NCBI GenBank assembly: GCA_050013655.1
Contig: JBEKEV010000004.1
Location: 88,407-152,406 of the forward strand
Direction: 5' to 3'
From: Bacteroidota bacterium
GTDB lineage: Bacteria; Bacteroidota; Ignavibacteria; UBA10030
DNA length: 64,000 nucleotides
In this document: in pieces, positions 20,681 through 29,039 of the stretch
Layout of the letters: each line of letters starts with the position of its first letter
Position numbering within the stretch: the stretch's first letter is position 1
Translations under genes and position numbers: made by a program
The notes under the pieces: generated by a model
What the model was told of the DNA's origin: nothing
What the model saw: the letters and a program-made list of their open reading frames with translations, nothing else
The model's database searches: none

Positions 20681-21034
20681 TTACTTTGGAATTACCTGGA
20701 ATATTTTAAGAATTGGAAGAAGAATTTTTACGGCGAATATACTCAGAATAGAACCAACGAGGAACAAGATGATCCCCACTATCGCCCACCGTTTTTGCAC
20801 CCGTTGAAACTGTTCAATGCTTTTCCAGTGTTTATTTTGCCAAGCCCATTCATTCCCTTTGAATCCTAATACAAATGCCATGAGAATCCCAAAAACCGGA
20901 ATAACGCAGAGCAGCGCAATATATGTCCTGTTGAACAATCCCCATAATGCATTAAGAAAAAAGGCGCCCCAGTTCCATGTTTGAATTTCTGAAGGAACGT
21001 CAGAATCTTTTCCTTGTCCTGATGTGTTTTCCAT
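20681..21034 (-). CDS. Small inner-membrane protein, DUF2628-like
   Basis: WNWGAFFLNALWGLFNRTY resembles the DUF2628 signature as recalled; one further TM segment. Confidence 0.45.
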   Translation of the reverse strand: MENTSGQGKDSDVPSEIQTWNWGAFFLNALWGLFNRTYIALLCVIPVFGILMAFVLGFKGNEWAWQNKHWKSIEQFQRVQKRWAIVGIILFLVGSILSIFAVKILLPILKIFQVIPK

Positions 21035-21126
21035 ACAAGAATTCTATTTTCCTGATGACGAGATGCCTACAATCAACTACGGAAAAATGGATTACTGGTT
21101 TCTAATTCCAGTGTCGAAATGGTAGA

Positions 21127-21168
21127 GATTTTTTAGCCAAAACACAACCGCCGATGACCTGAGAGCAC
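21127..21168 (-). repeat. Conserved intergenic motif, copy 1, upstream of the 20681-21034 gene
   Basis: GTGCTCTCAGGTCATCGGC-N6-GTTTTGGCTAAAAAATC in minus-strand orientation. There is an 18/18 nt identical core with copy 2, about 100-145 nt upstream of the start codon. Confidence 0.6.
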
Positions 21169-21212
21169 CTAAACTGTGAGGAGAATGAATCTGGAGGAGA
21201 TTAATTTCCTTT

Positions 21213-21611
21213 TTACTTCGGTTTTTCCAGTAACTTCAATTTTGATTCTATAATCATCAGTAGTACCATTATCCCACCGAAAGACAACATGACATACTTT
21301 ATGAATGAATTTTCAATAATTGAATTCTTTAGTTTCTCGATATGAAAGAGTATCTCATGAGGCATACCGATCAGCCGAATAGTTAATTCAAAAATATTCA
21401 GACCTGAAAGCCACAGAACAAGGAAGATGAGACTATCAACCGCGACGAAGACGAGAAAACACAAGAGAATATTTTCCAGAACGCGCTGCTTGCGGCTTTC
21501 ACGCAGAATTTTCTTCATCGTCGTCACGTTGAAATCCGGATCGGTTATTTCCAGATAACTACTCTTCAGGATATCTTTTGCGAGCTTGTCAATATTTGAA
21601 TTCTTCATCAT
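21213..21611 (-). CDS. Two-TM membrane protein, putative anti-sigma factor (assigned by position)
   Basis: Overlaps the ECF sigma gene stop by 4 nt. It has a cytoplasmic N-terminal segment followed by two TM helices and no ZAS (HxxxCxxC) motif. Confidence 0.4.
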   Translation of the reverse strand: MMKNSNIDKLAKDILKSSYLEITDPDFNVTTMKKILRESRKQRVLENILLCFLVFVAVDSLIFLVLWLSGLNIFELTIRLIGMPHEILFHIEKLKNSIIENSFIKYVMLSFGGIMVLLMIIESKLKLLEKPK

Positions 21612-22171
21612 AGGAGAGATTGAATTTCCGACTTCAGGTTTCTATTTAAGATTTTATACATTTTATTTCTTGCCCTGTGCAATTTCATTTTCACGTTTTC
21701 CTGAGCAATGCCCGTTATTTCCGTAATTTCGTCAATGGAATTTTCATTTAAATAATACAGCGTCAGAAGTAACCGGTTTTCGATGCTCAATTCTTCCAGT
21801 GCAAGATGGACGAACTTTTTCTGATCCGACAAATCCAGACTGCTATACGCCGATTCTACGCTTTCTACGACGACGTCGGTAATATCCTCTTCATCTATAC
21901 TGCTTAACTCCGGTCTTTTATTCCTTGCTCTCGACAACGAGCTGTTCACCACAATCCTGTAAAACCACGTAGAAAATTTCGAGTCTTTCCTGAATTTATC
22001 AAGCGACCTGAATGCTTTCAGAAATGCATCCTGAACGATCTCTTCTGCATCTTCTCTGTTATTGACAATTCGAAACGCTATGGAGAAAGCCATACCTTTA
22101 TATTTCTCGATAAAATAAGAAAATTTAGATGTGTTTCCTTCAAGAACCAGTTTTAAATACAGATCGTCCAT
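21608..22171 (-). CDS. ECF-type RNA polymerase sigma factor (sigma-70 family, group 4)
   Basis: Region 2 (EEIVQDAFLKAFRSLDKFRKDSKFSTWFYRIVVN) and region 4 (ENSIDEITEITGIAQENVKMKLHRARNKM). Confidence 0.9.
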   Translation of the reverse strand: MDDLYLKLVLEGNTSKFSYFIEKYKGMAFSIAFRIVNNREDAEEIVQDAFLKAFRSLDKFRKDSKFSTWFYRIVVNSSLSRARNKRPELSSIDEEDITDVVVESVESAYSSLDLSDQKKFVHLALEELSIENRLLLTLYYLNENSIDEITEITGIAQENVKMKLHRARNKMYKILNRNLKSEIQSLL

Positions 22172-22173
22172 TA

Positions 22174-22545
22174 CTACTGGGCAGATTTCGTCTCGGTTTT
22201 CTTTCTATACACATAATAGCCAATTAATCCGAGACCGCCAAATAGAAGCGCCATAATCGGCATTATAATTTCTTGTCGCATTGGAGTATAGACAGAGAAA
22301 ATGTACCCCAAAAGCAATCCAAGTCCGATTCCGCCTATAAGCATTCCCCACAGTAGGACTTTATGGAAAGTGGTTTCTTCTTTTATAAAAATCGAAGCGT
22401 CTATTCCCTTTTCAATCAAAGCCATTCTCTCTTTGTGTTTTGCTTTCCGGCTAAAGTAGTAAATCAGTACAACTAAGGCGGGCGGCGCTCCAAAAATAAG
22501 GATGATGGCTAACATTCCTGTTAATATTGCCAGTACGTCTTGCAT
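22174..22545 (-). CDS. Small membrane protein (2+2 TM) immediately upstream of the ECF sigma gene and probably co-transcribed
   Basis: A hydrophobic N-terminus, then a charged amphipathic loop (KERMALIEKGIDASIF), then two TM helices and a basic tail; a 2-nt gap to the sigma gene. Confidence 0.6.
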   Translation of the reverse strand: MQDVLAILTGMLAIILIFGAPPALVVLIYYFSRKAKHKERMALIEKGIDASIFIKEETTFHKVLLWGMLIGGIGLGLLLGYIFSVYTPMRQEIIMPIMALLFGGLGLIGYYVYRKKTETKSAQ

Positions 22546-22663
22546 TTTATTCTCCTGTCATATGTTTGTGTGTGTTATTGAGTATTCCGTTCACATTATA
22601 TATGACTACAAGAAATGAATTTAGGTAACAGGATCGAGTGAAAATTTTGTATAAATAATCGAA

Positions 22664-22706
22664 GATTTTTTTAGCTAAACCGCAGTTGCCGATGACCTGA
22701 GAGCAC
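22664..22706 (-). repeat. Conserved intergenic motif, copy 2, upstream of the 22174-22545 sigma operon
   Basis: GTGCTCTCAGGTCATCGGC-N6-GGTTTAGCTAAAAAAATC in minus-strand orientation. Confidence 0.6.
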
Positions 22707-22748
22707 GGGCGAGGCGTAATAACATAAAGAAAGAGATCTCTTTCGGTT

Positions 22749-23141
22749 CTATTCACCGCCGAATACCGACACTAACAATTGTGTTGCAAAGGTTATTACA
22801 TACCAATGCACGATAACGAATGTTCCAATCACAAGAGCAAAAACAACGACACGCACGGCAGTCATGCCTTTTAATTCCTCGAAGAATCTCTGAAAAAGAG
22901 CGAAAGGCGTAAATAAGCCAACTAAAATCCATATCACGATGGAAACAGAGAAATAGAGGAAAAAATACGCATTAAATTCTTCTAAATCTAAATGTAAGAG
23001 TATGGCAACCATATACCCAAGGAGAACTAACAATAAACCGAGGAGTGCACAAAGAAACATCGCCCCAAATCTCAAAAATTTAGTTCCGAATGAAGTTAAT
23101 TGTTCCGACTCTTCAGGAGGTTCTATTTGTAAGTCTGCCAT
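22749..23141 (-). CDS. Membrane protein (3-4 TM), hypothetical
   Basis: Hydrophobic segments. The likely start is the MADLQIEPPEE Met, 11 codons inside the track ORF. Confidence 0.5.
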   Translation of the reverse strand: MADLQIEPPEESEQLTSFGTKFLRFGAMFLCALLGLLLVLLGYMVAILLHLDLEEFNAYFFLYFSVSIVIWILVGLFTPFALFQRFFEELKGMTAVRVVVFALVIGTFVIVHWYVITFATQLLVSVFGGE

Positions 23142-23272
23142 ATGCGTTCCCTTCAATGATGATGAAGTACCCAAGGAGTAAATCTATACTTCTTTAGACG
23201 TATAGACTTTCTGTGATGGATATTGGTATTATGAAGCATAATGGAGATAAATTGATTTAATTACAATAGAAT

Positions 23273-23300
23273 GGCAACTAAAAAAACAAACGCCGATGAT
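23273..23300 (-). repeat. Conserved intergenic motif, degenerate copy 3, upstream of the 22749-23141 gene
   Basis: ATCATCGGCGTTTGTTTTTTTAGTTGCC (minus-strand orientation) aligns with the GTCATCGGCGGTTGTGTTTTGGCTAAAA region of copy 1. An upstream ATTACG...CGCC segment is also shared with copy 2. Confidence 0.4.
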
Positions 23301-23484
23301 GTTGCCACCACCGGCGTCCGTCGTAATTTTACTTTCTGTTTTTACTTCCCCCGCTACTCATTGCCTCACCTATTTGTTGTGAATATCTTTTCCTCTAAGT
23401 TATACCCGCAAGCTTTTGGCGGGTATCCAGCCTTAAGCTAATTTCTGGATTCCCGACAGAAGCACTCGGGAATGACGACAAAAA

Positions 23485-26253
23485 TTACGAACACCCGCTC
23501 GTGCTTCCACATTCCAAGCATTTGTAGCACGAGCCGCTTCTAATCATAATACTTCCGCATTCGTGGCACGGAGGCGCGTCGGATTGGGTCTCAAATACAA
23601 GCTTCTCGTTCTTCTCCCACACCGAAGCGGCTTTTGTCGCAGCGGCGTTAAGAATCCCAACCGGTTTCCTTGCGGTCTCTTCCGAAATTTTCACGTCGCT
23701 GACTTCATTATTCGTATTTGTCGTACCGTTCTCTTCTTTGATAAATTTCTTGCCGAGCCAGCGGAAAATGTAATCGCTTACAGATTTCGCAATCGGGATA
23801 TCCGGATTGTTCGTGAAGCCGGACGGCTCATAGCGCGCATGACTGAACTTATCCACCATCACCTTCAACGGTACGCCGTATTGCAGTGCAATCGAAATCG
23901 ATGTGGCAAGTGAATCCATCAAGCCGGAAATAGTGGAACCCTCCTTGGACATCGTGATGAATAACTCGCCCGGTGTTCCGTCTTCAAACATCCCGACAGT
24001 AATGTAGCCCTCGTGCCCGGCAATACTGAACTTGTGCGTAATGGATTGGCGCTCGTCCTGCAAGTGACGGCGTGCAGGTTTGTTGGTCGTCGCCTGTTTT
24101 TCTTTTTTCTTGTCGAGCGATGTGCTGAGCGGCTGTGTGCGCTTGCATCCGTCGCGGTACACGGCAATGGCTTTCAACCCGAGCTTCCACGCTTCGGTAT
24201 ATGCTTGCATAATATCTTCAGCGGTCACATCGGTCGGCATGTTTACCGTTTTGGAAATCGCGCCAGAGAGGTACGGCTGTGCTGCCGCCATCATCTTGAT
24301 ATGCCCCATATAGTGAATGGAGCGCTTGCCGTTTGCCGGTTTGAATGCGCAGTCGAATACCGAAAGATGTTCTTCTTTCAGATGCGGTGCGCCTTCGATG
24401 GTATCGTTCTTATCGATGTGTGCAATAATGTGCTCGATCTGTTCGCCGTCGTATCCTAACTTCGTGAGCGCTTCCGGTACGGTTTGGTTGACGATCTTCA
24501 TCAACCCGCCACCGCTCATTTTCTTGTACTTCACCAAAGCAATGTCCGGTTCAATGCCCGTGGTATCGCAATCCATCATGAAACCGATCGTGCCGGTCGG
24601 GGCAAGAACGGTTGTCTGCGAGTTGCGGATGCCGTGCATTTGTCCTAACTCAACAACATCCTTCCATACATTGCGCTGTGCTTCCCAGAGACCGGGTTCC
24701 ACTGCATTTTTGTCGATGCGTTCTGCATGAATACCATGTTTCGCCATCACATTCAACATCGGATCCCTATTCGCTGCAAATCCGCTGAATGGTCCCTGCG
24801 CTTCGGCAATCTTTGCAGATTGTTTGTACGCTTCGCCGCACAGGAGAGAGGTGATAGCAGCGGTAAGCGTTCTGCCTTCGTCGCTGTCGTACGCAACACC
24901 GCGGGACATCAGCAGCGCGCCGAGGTTTGCGTACCCGAGTCCGAGCGGACGATAGTCGTGACTGTTTTGCGTGATCGCCGGTGTCGGGTAACTCGAATTA
25001 TCGACGGACATTTCCATTGCGGTAATCGTGATCTGAATGGCTTTCTGAAACGCTTCCACATCGATATCGCCGTTCGCTCTGCGGAACTTCATCAGGTTCA
25101 GCGATGCAAGGTTGCATGCGCTGTCATCGAGGAACATGTACTCGCTGCATGGATTCGACGAATGGATGGGCGCCGTACTGGAGCAGGTGTGCCAGTTGTT
25201 GATTGTCGTATGGAATTGGATACCGGGATCGCCGCAGATCCAAGCCGCATCGGCAATTTGTTTCATCAGATCGCGCGCCCGGAATTTTTCCAACGGCATT
25301 CCGCCTTTTACGGCTTTGGTCCAGAATTCTTTATCCTCTAGAACGGCTTTCATAAATTCATCGCTCACGCGAATGGAGTGATTGGCGTTCTGATAAAAAA
25401 TAGAATCGTACGCGCCGCCGGGCACATTGAAGCCGCCGTCATAGCCCGCGTCGATGAGCGCCCATGCTTTTTTCTCCTCTTCCGCTTTACAGTTGATGAA
25501 GCTGACAATATCCGGATGTTCGACATTCAAAATCACCATCTTTGCCGCGCGGCGTGTCTTCCCTCCGGATTTAATAACGCCCGCAAACGCATCGTACCCT
25601 TTCATGAACGAGACCGGCCCGGACGCAGTACCGCCGCCGGTGATACGTTCCTTGGAGGAGCGAAGTGTGGAAAGATTGGAACCCGTGCCCGAACCATACT
25701 TAAAGAGCATACCTTCCGTCTTCGCCAGCTCCAGAATGGAGGACATTGAATCTTTAACTGAATTGATAAAGCATGCGGAACACTGCGGCATTTTTTCCAC
25801 GCCGACGTTGAACCAGACCGGGCTGTTGAACGACATATATTGGTTGACGAGAAGATACAGTAACTCGTAATAAAATATTTCTGCATCTTCTTCCGATGCG
25901 AAATAACCGTCTTTCAATCCCCATGTATAGTACGATTTGGCAACACGATCGACAAGCTGCCGTATGCTCGTTTCGCGTTCTGCTGTCCCTACTTGACCAT
26001 AGAAGTATTTCGAGACAACAACATTGGTTGCTGTCATCGACCATGATTTTGGAATTTCGACATCTTTTTGTTCAAAGATTTTTTCCCCTCGATCGTTCGA
26101 GATCGTAGCAGTGCGCCGCTCCCATTCAACTTCATCGAAGGGGTGCACGCCTCGTTTCGTAAAGAATCTTTCGAAACGTAATCCCCGTTTCACAGTTTCG
26201 TTTTCGTGTGTACGGGAATCAATTTGGGCGGTGGGGGACTGCACATTTTGCAT
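23485..26253 (-). CDS. nrdJ: Class II adenosylcobalamin-dependent ribonucleotide reductase (NrdJ)
   Basis: 922 aa counted from MQNVQSP. It has the RNR barrel motifs (CSEYMFLDDSACNLASLNLMKF) and a C-terminal CxxC...CxxC zinc ribbon. The many antisense ORFs in the track are spurious. Confidence 0.85.
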   Translation of the reverse strand: MQNVQSPTAQIDSRTHENETVKRGLRFERFFTKRGVHPFDEVEWERRTATISNDRGEKIFEQKDVEIPKSWSMTATNVVVSKYFYGQVGTAERETSIRQLVDRVAKSYYTWGLKDGYFASEEDAEIFYYELLYLLVNQYMSFNSPVWFNVGVEKMPQCSACFINSVKDSMSSILELAKTEGMLFKYGSGTGSNLSTLRSSKERITGGGTASGPVSFMKGYDAFAGVIKSGGKTRRAAKMVILNVEHPDIVSFINCKAEEEKKAWALIDAGYDGGFNVPGGAYDSIFYQNANHSIRVSDEFMKAVLEDKEFWTKAVKGGMPLEKFRARDLMKQIADAAWICGDPGIQFHTTINNWHTCSSTAPIHSSNPCSEYMFLDDSACNLASLNLMKFRRANGDIDVEAFQKAIQITITAMEMSVDNSSYPTPAITQNSHDYRPLGLGYANLGALLMSRGVAYDSDEGRTLTAAITSLLCGEAYKQSAKIAEAQGPFSGFAANRDPMLNVMAKHGIHAERIDKNAVEPGLWEAQRNVWKDVVELGQMHGIRNSQTTVLAPTGTIGFMMDCDTTGIEPDIALVKYKKMSGGGLMKIVNQTVPEALTKLGYDGEQIEHIIAHIDKNDTIEGAPHLKEEHLSVFDCAFKPANGKRSIHYMGHIKMMAAAQPYLSGAISKTVNMPTDVTAEDIMQAYTEAWKLGLKAIAVYRDGCKRTQPLSTSLDKKKEKQATTNKPARRHLQDERQSITHKFSIAGHEGYITVGMFEDGTPGELFITMSKEGSTISGLMDSLATSISIALQYGVPLKVMVDKFSHARYEPSGFTNNPDIPIAKSVSDYIFRWLGKKFIKEENGTTNTNNEVSDVKISEETARKPVGILNAAATKAASVWEKNEKLVFETQSDAPPCHECGSIMIRSGSCYKCLECGSTSGCS

Positions 26254-26482
26254 ATGGTACTCCTTGCTTAAAAAGTGTGGTGCAATACAAAAGCTTACAA
26301 CCAACGAATAATAGATACGTCTTACGACGGTTGGGATAATTTGATTTCAATTTCCAGAAATAATATTGATGATAAAAAATGGGCGGCCGTTGCGCGCCAC
26401 ATTTATTCTCCTCTTTTACAACTCCAAACTTACAGAAACCTCTAACCCTTCCTCTTTCTTTTTGGCGTCGCAACTGGTTGTA

Positions 26483-26511
26483 AATATATTCTGTTACAGT
26501 CCCTTTGTCAA
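26483..26511 (-). promoter_or_regulatory. Candidate promoter for nrdJ (TTGACA-N17-TATATT on the minus strand), about 225 nt upstream of the start codon
   Basis: Perfect -35 and near-consensus -10 hexamers with a 17 nt spacer. The -10 lies in an AT palindrome-like ACAGAATATATTTACA that partly resembles an NrdR box. Confidence 0.4.
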
Positions 26512-27027
26512 GTTAATAATTAAGTGTTTTTTGAGAGGCTAAACACATAAAAAAATCACTTGACACAAAAAACATTTATTCCTGATGAGCCAAGCTTGAA
26601 CTCATTATATTTTTGACATCTCTCATACCTCTTCAGTACATCCGACTGTAAGAATCCATCACATAAAATAAACAAATCAGATTTCTCTTTTTTTTATTTC
26701 GCAAAAAAAATATTTTACACTCTCCACCATCTTCTCTCCTCAAGAAAGAGAGAAAGGAGTGGTGATAATTACTCTGGATCCATAATAATGAATCATTAAA
26801 AATGAAAGAATAAATAACTTCTAACAACCTGAGTAGTTAACACTTCCGATCTCGAAAAAGTTCTCCCTCTCATCGAGATGTCTATGTCCAGCTAAAAATT
26901 CTTTAGGAGAAAATGATGGTCTCCCCACGAATGCTTCGGAAAATTATATCCTTTGCGATGAAACCTAAAGGAAGGTAAAAAAAACCGATTGTCTGTACTG
27001 TAAAGATAGACGAAATCCGATGAAAAA

Positions 27028-27570
27028 TCACTTTGGAAGAGGAACGCGTACAAATTTCCGCTGAACAATTCTATCCGGGACAATCCAAGCATCGCGGTAT
27101 CCTTTTTCCGTGAACTCCGGTAGTCGTTGGTTTGCTTCGTAGCGGTTCACAAAATCTCCCACCCGTACTTTATACACCGGCGCATCATACACCACATACA
27201 CTGAATCACCGATAAATTTCTCCGTCACGACTTCCTTCATCCGTGTTGCTTCATCGACGCCGGAGGAAGAAAAAACCTGAATGCGAAATCCTTGCACTAC
27301 TTCTTCCTCAACGGCAAAACTATCTTTCGGAATTTCTAACGGCGCCCGCTGTTTCTTTTCCTCAACGTGTGCCTTCTCAACGACCTCAACTTCCTGATCA
27401 TAATCTGCCGGGTTGAGCGTTGCTTCGTATTCCGCCAACGAACGTCTATTTTCTTTCGGTGTTTCCTGCTTCGATTCTTCATCCCGAATAAAAGGCGGCG
27501 ATGATGTACAGCCTGCCGTTAAGAACACCAGCACACACAGTGCGGAAAAAAGAATTTGTGTTTTTATCAT
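27028..27570 (-). CDS. SPOR-domain lipoprotein (peptidoglycan-binding)
   Basis: Signal peptide with lipobox (LTAGC) and a C-terminal SPOR-like domain (GFRIQVFSSSG...YKVRVGDF). The start is placed at MIKTQ, giving an ATGA overlap with the upstream paralog. Confidence 0.65.
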   Translation of the reverse strand: MIKTQILFSALCVLVFLTAGCTSSPPFIRDEESKQETPKENRRSLAEYEATLNPADYDQEVEVVEKAHVEEKKQRAPLEIPKDSFAVEEEVVQGFRIQVFSSSGVDEATRMKEVVTEKFIGDSVYVVYDAPVYKVRVGDFVNRYEANQRLPEFTEKGYRDAWIVPDRIVQRKFVRVPLPK

Positions 27571-28142
27571 GGGATGAAGTTGATCCAGCATTGGTTGTAC
27601 TCTTCGGAATATTGTTCTTTCATAGTATCGGCAAGTGCGAACGCATTCTTGCGGTCTTCATACCTCCCGACACTCACGCGGTACAATTTGGCGCTCTTGA
27701 CATATTTATTAAAGATGGGTTGATGGGTAAATCGTCCTTTTGCTTTCTTTTGTGTTCTCAATGCATTGGATGCTTGAGCGAACGCGCCTATCTGCACGGT
27801 ATACATCGGATGTTCCGGGCGTTCGATCATGATGTGCGGATGCGTAGAAAATTTCATTTTTTTTATCATAGATGCTCGCACCGTATCCTGCTTTGATTTG
27901 AATTTTGGTGCAACACGCGACGATTTTTCTGAAAAAAGTTTTGAGTTATTTTTTGAATTCAACATGGAATCTTGCTTCATGTCCTGACCACCCACATGGT
28001 GTGTCGTATCAATCGAACCAAAGATCTGTACCGGAGATTTTGCCCTATTCCCTGCGCCCGTTTCTTCCGACGAAACACAGCCCATGAGGGAGAGAACTAT
28101 ACCGAATAACAACACGCTGATTATGAAAAATTGTCGACTCAC
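27567..28142 (-). CDS. SPOR-domain lipoprotein, tandem paralog
   Basis: The true start is GTG (VSRQFF) with an AAGAGG Shine-Dalgarno; the track's N-terminal extension overlaps deoC and is rejected. Lipobox LMGC and a C-terminal SPOR domain (YTVQIGAFAQ...LYRVSVGRYE). Confidence 0.6.
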   Translation of the reverse strand: MSRQFFIISVLLFGIVLSLMGCVSSEETGAGNRAKSPVQIFGSIDTTHHVGGQDMKQDSMLNSKNNSKLFSEKSSRVAPKFKSKQDTVRASMIKKMKFSTHPHIMIERPEHPMYTVQIGAFAQASNALRTQKKAKGRFTHQPIFNKYVKSAKLYRVSVGRYEDRKNAFALADTMKEQYSEEYNQCWINFIP

Positions 28143-28153
28143 CGAGGACCTCT

Positions 28154-28912
28154 TTATGAAATGGATAGCGATACTATTTCTTCCTCTGTAACGATCTTGA
28201 CACTCGCGCTTGCACCGATTCGCGTCGCACCGCTTGCAAGAAGAGCAAGCGCTTGCTTCTTTGAACGCACACCGCCGGAAGCTTTCACTCCCAATGCCGG
28301 ACCAACAACTTTCCGCATGAGTGCAATGTCCTCGACGGTCGCCCCGCCATTCACAAATCCTGTCGACGTCTTCACGAAGTCTGCCCCTGCGTGCTTCGCG
28401 AGCGCACATGCTTTTATCTTTTCATCGTCGTTCAGCAATCCGGTTTCAATGATTACTTTTACCAGCACTTTCAAGCGATGCGCTACATCGACAACTGCAA
28501 GGATGTCGTGTTCGACATAATCATACTCGCGGGACTTCAACATTCCAATATTGATAACCATATCAACTTCACGTGCACCATGTTTGATTGCCTGTTCCGT
28601 TTCGAATGCTTTCGCTGCACTCGATGTCGCGCCCAACGGGAAACCGATGACGGTACAAACTTTTACACTCGAATTGCGCAGCACGTCCGCACACAATCTC
28701 ACATACGCCGGATTGATACACACGCTTGCGAAACCATAGTGTTTTGCTTCAGCACAGAGATTCTCAATTTCCTGCATAGTTGCTTCCGGTTTCAGAAGCG
28801 TATGGTCGATCATCCGAGCGAGCTTGGCATCGAAAACGCTTCGTTCTATTCCGACATCGGCTGGAATTTGATCTTCTCCGTTCTGCATTCTCTTGCTCAC
28901 AATGTCTTTCAT
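28154..28912 (-). CDS. deoC: Deoxyribose-phosphate aldolase
   Basis: [11 protein letters not shown], a catalytic-Lys region (DFVKTSTGF), and the DeoC TIM-barrel pattern. Confidence 0.9.
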   Translation of the reverse strand: MKDIVSKRMQNGEDQIPADVGIERSVFDAKLARMIDHTLLKPEATMQEIENLCAEAKHYGFASVCINPAYVRLCADVLRNSSVKVCTVIGFPLGATSSAAKAFETEQAIKHGAREVDMVINIGMLKSREYDYVEHDILAVVDVAHRLKVLVKVIIETGLLNDDEKIKACALAKHAGADFVKTSTGFVNGGATVEDIALMRKVVGPALGVKASGGVRSKKQALALLASGATRIGASASVKIVTEEEIVSLSIS

Positions 28913-29039
28913 ATGGAGAATCGCTTGCCAAACTCTTGGTCTATGCAGATTTTTTTTGCATCTGCTTGTGTAAATATACGAGAATTATTTTGAGTTACAA
29001 GCACGACAATGTAAGAACATCGTCGGCAATAAGAAACTC

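Noticed and set aside
22547-22756. 69-aa minus-strand ORF between two membrane-protein genes
   Set aside because: It covers the conserved intergenic motif (copy 2) and the promoter region. Its composition is not protein-like, and it is more likely non-coding.
23495-23545. 9-bp perfect inverted repeat at the 3' end of nrdJ
   Set aside because: It lies inside the coding sequence and arises from the repeated Cys-x-x-Cys zinc-ribbon codons, so it is not a terminator.
23563-26311. About 15 plus-strand ORFs of 70-200 aa listed in the track inside the nrdJ region
   Set aside because: All are antisense to a long, well-supported NrdJ reading frame. They have arginine/cysteine-rich low-complexity translations typical of antisense frames in a GC-balanced gene.
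26478-26496. Full NrdR box
   Set aside because: Only one half of the 16-bp palindrome matches the consensus and no second box was found. It is kept only as a remark inside the leader finding.
26254-27027. Cobalamin riboswitch upstream of the B12-dependent RNR gene
   Set aside because: No B12-box (GCCACTG) or conserved riboswitch core could be found on either strand.
27567-28409. 280-aa version of the second SPOR lipoprotein ORF
   Set aside because: The N-terminal 89 codons overlap the well-supported deoC gene in another frame and are Arg/Cys-rich. A GTG start with an SD at 28142 gives a proper lipoprotein signal peptide.
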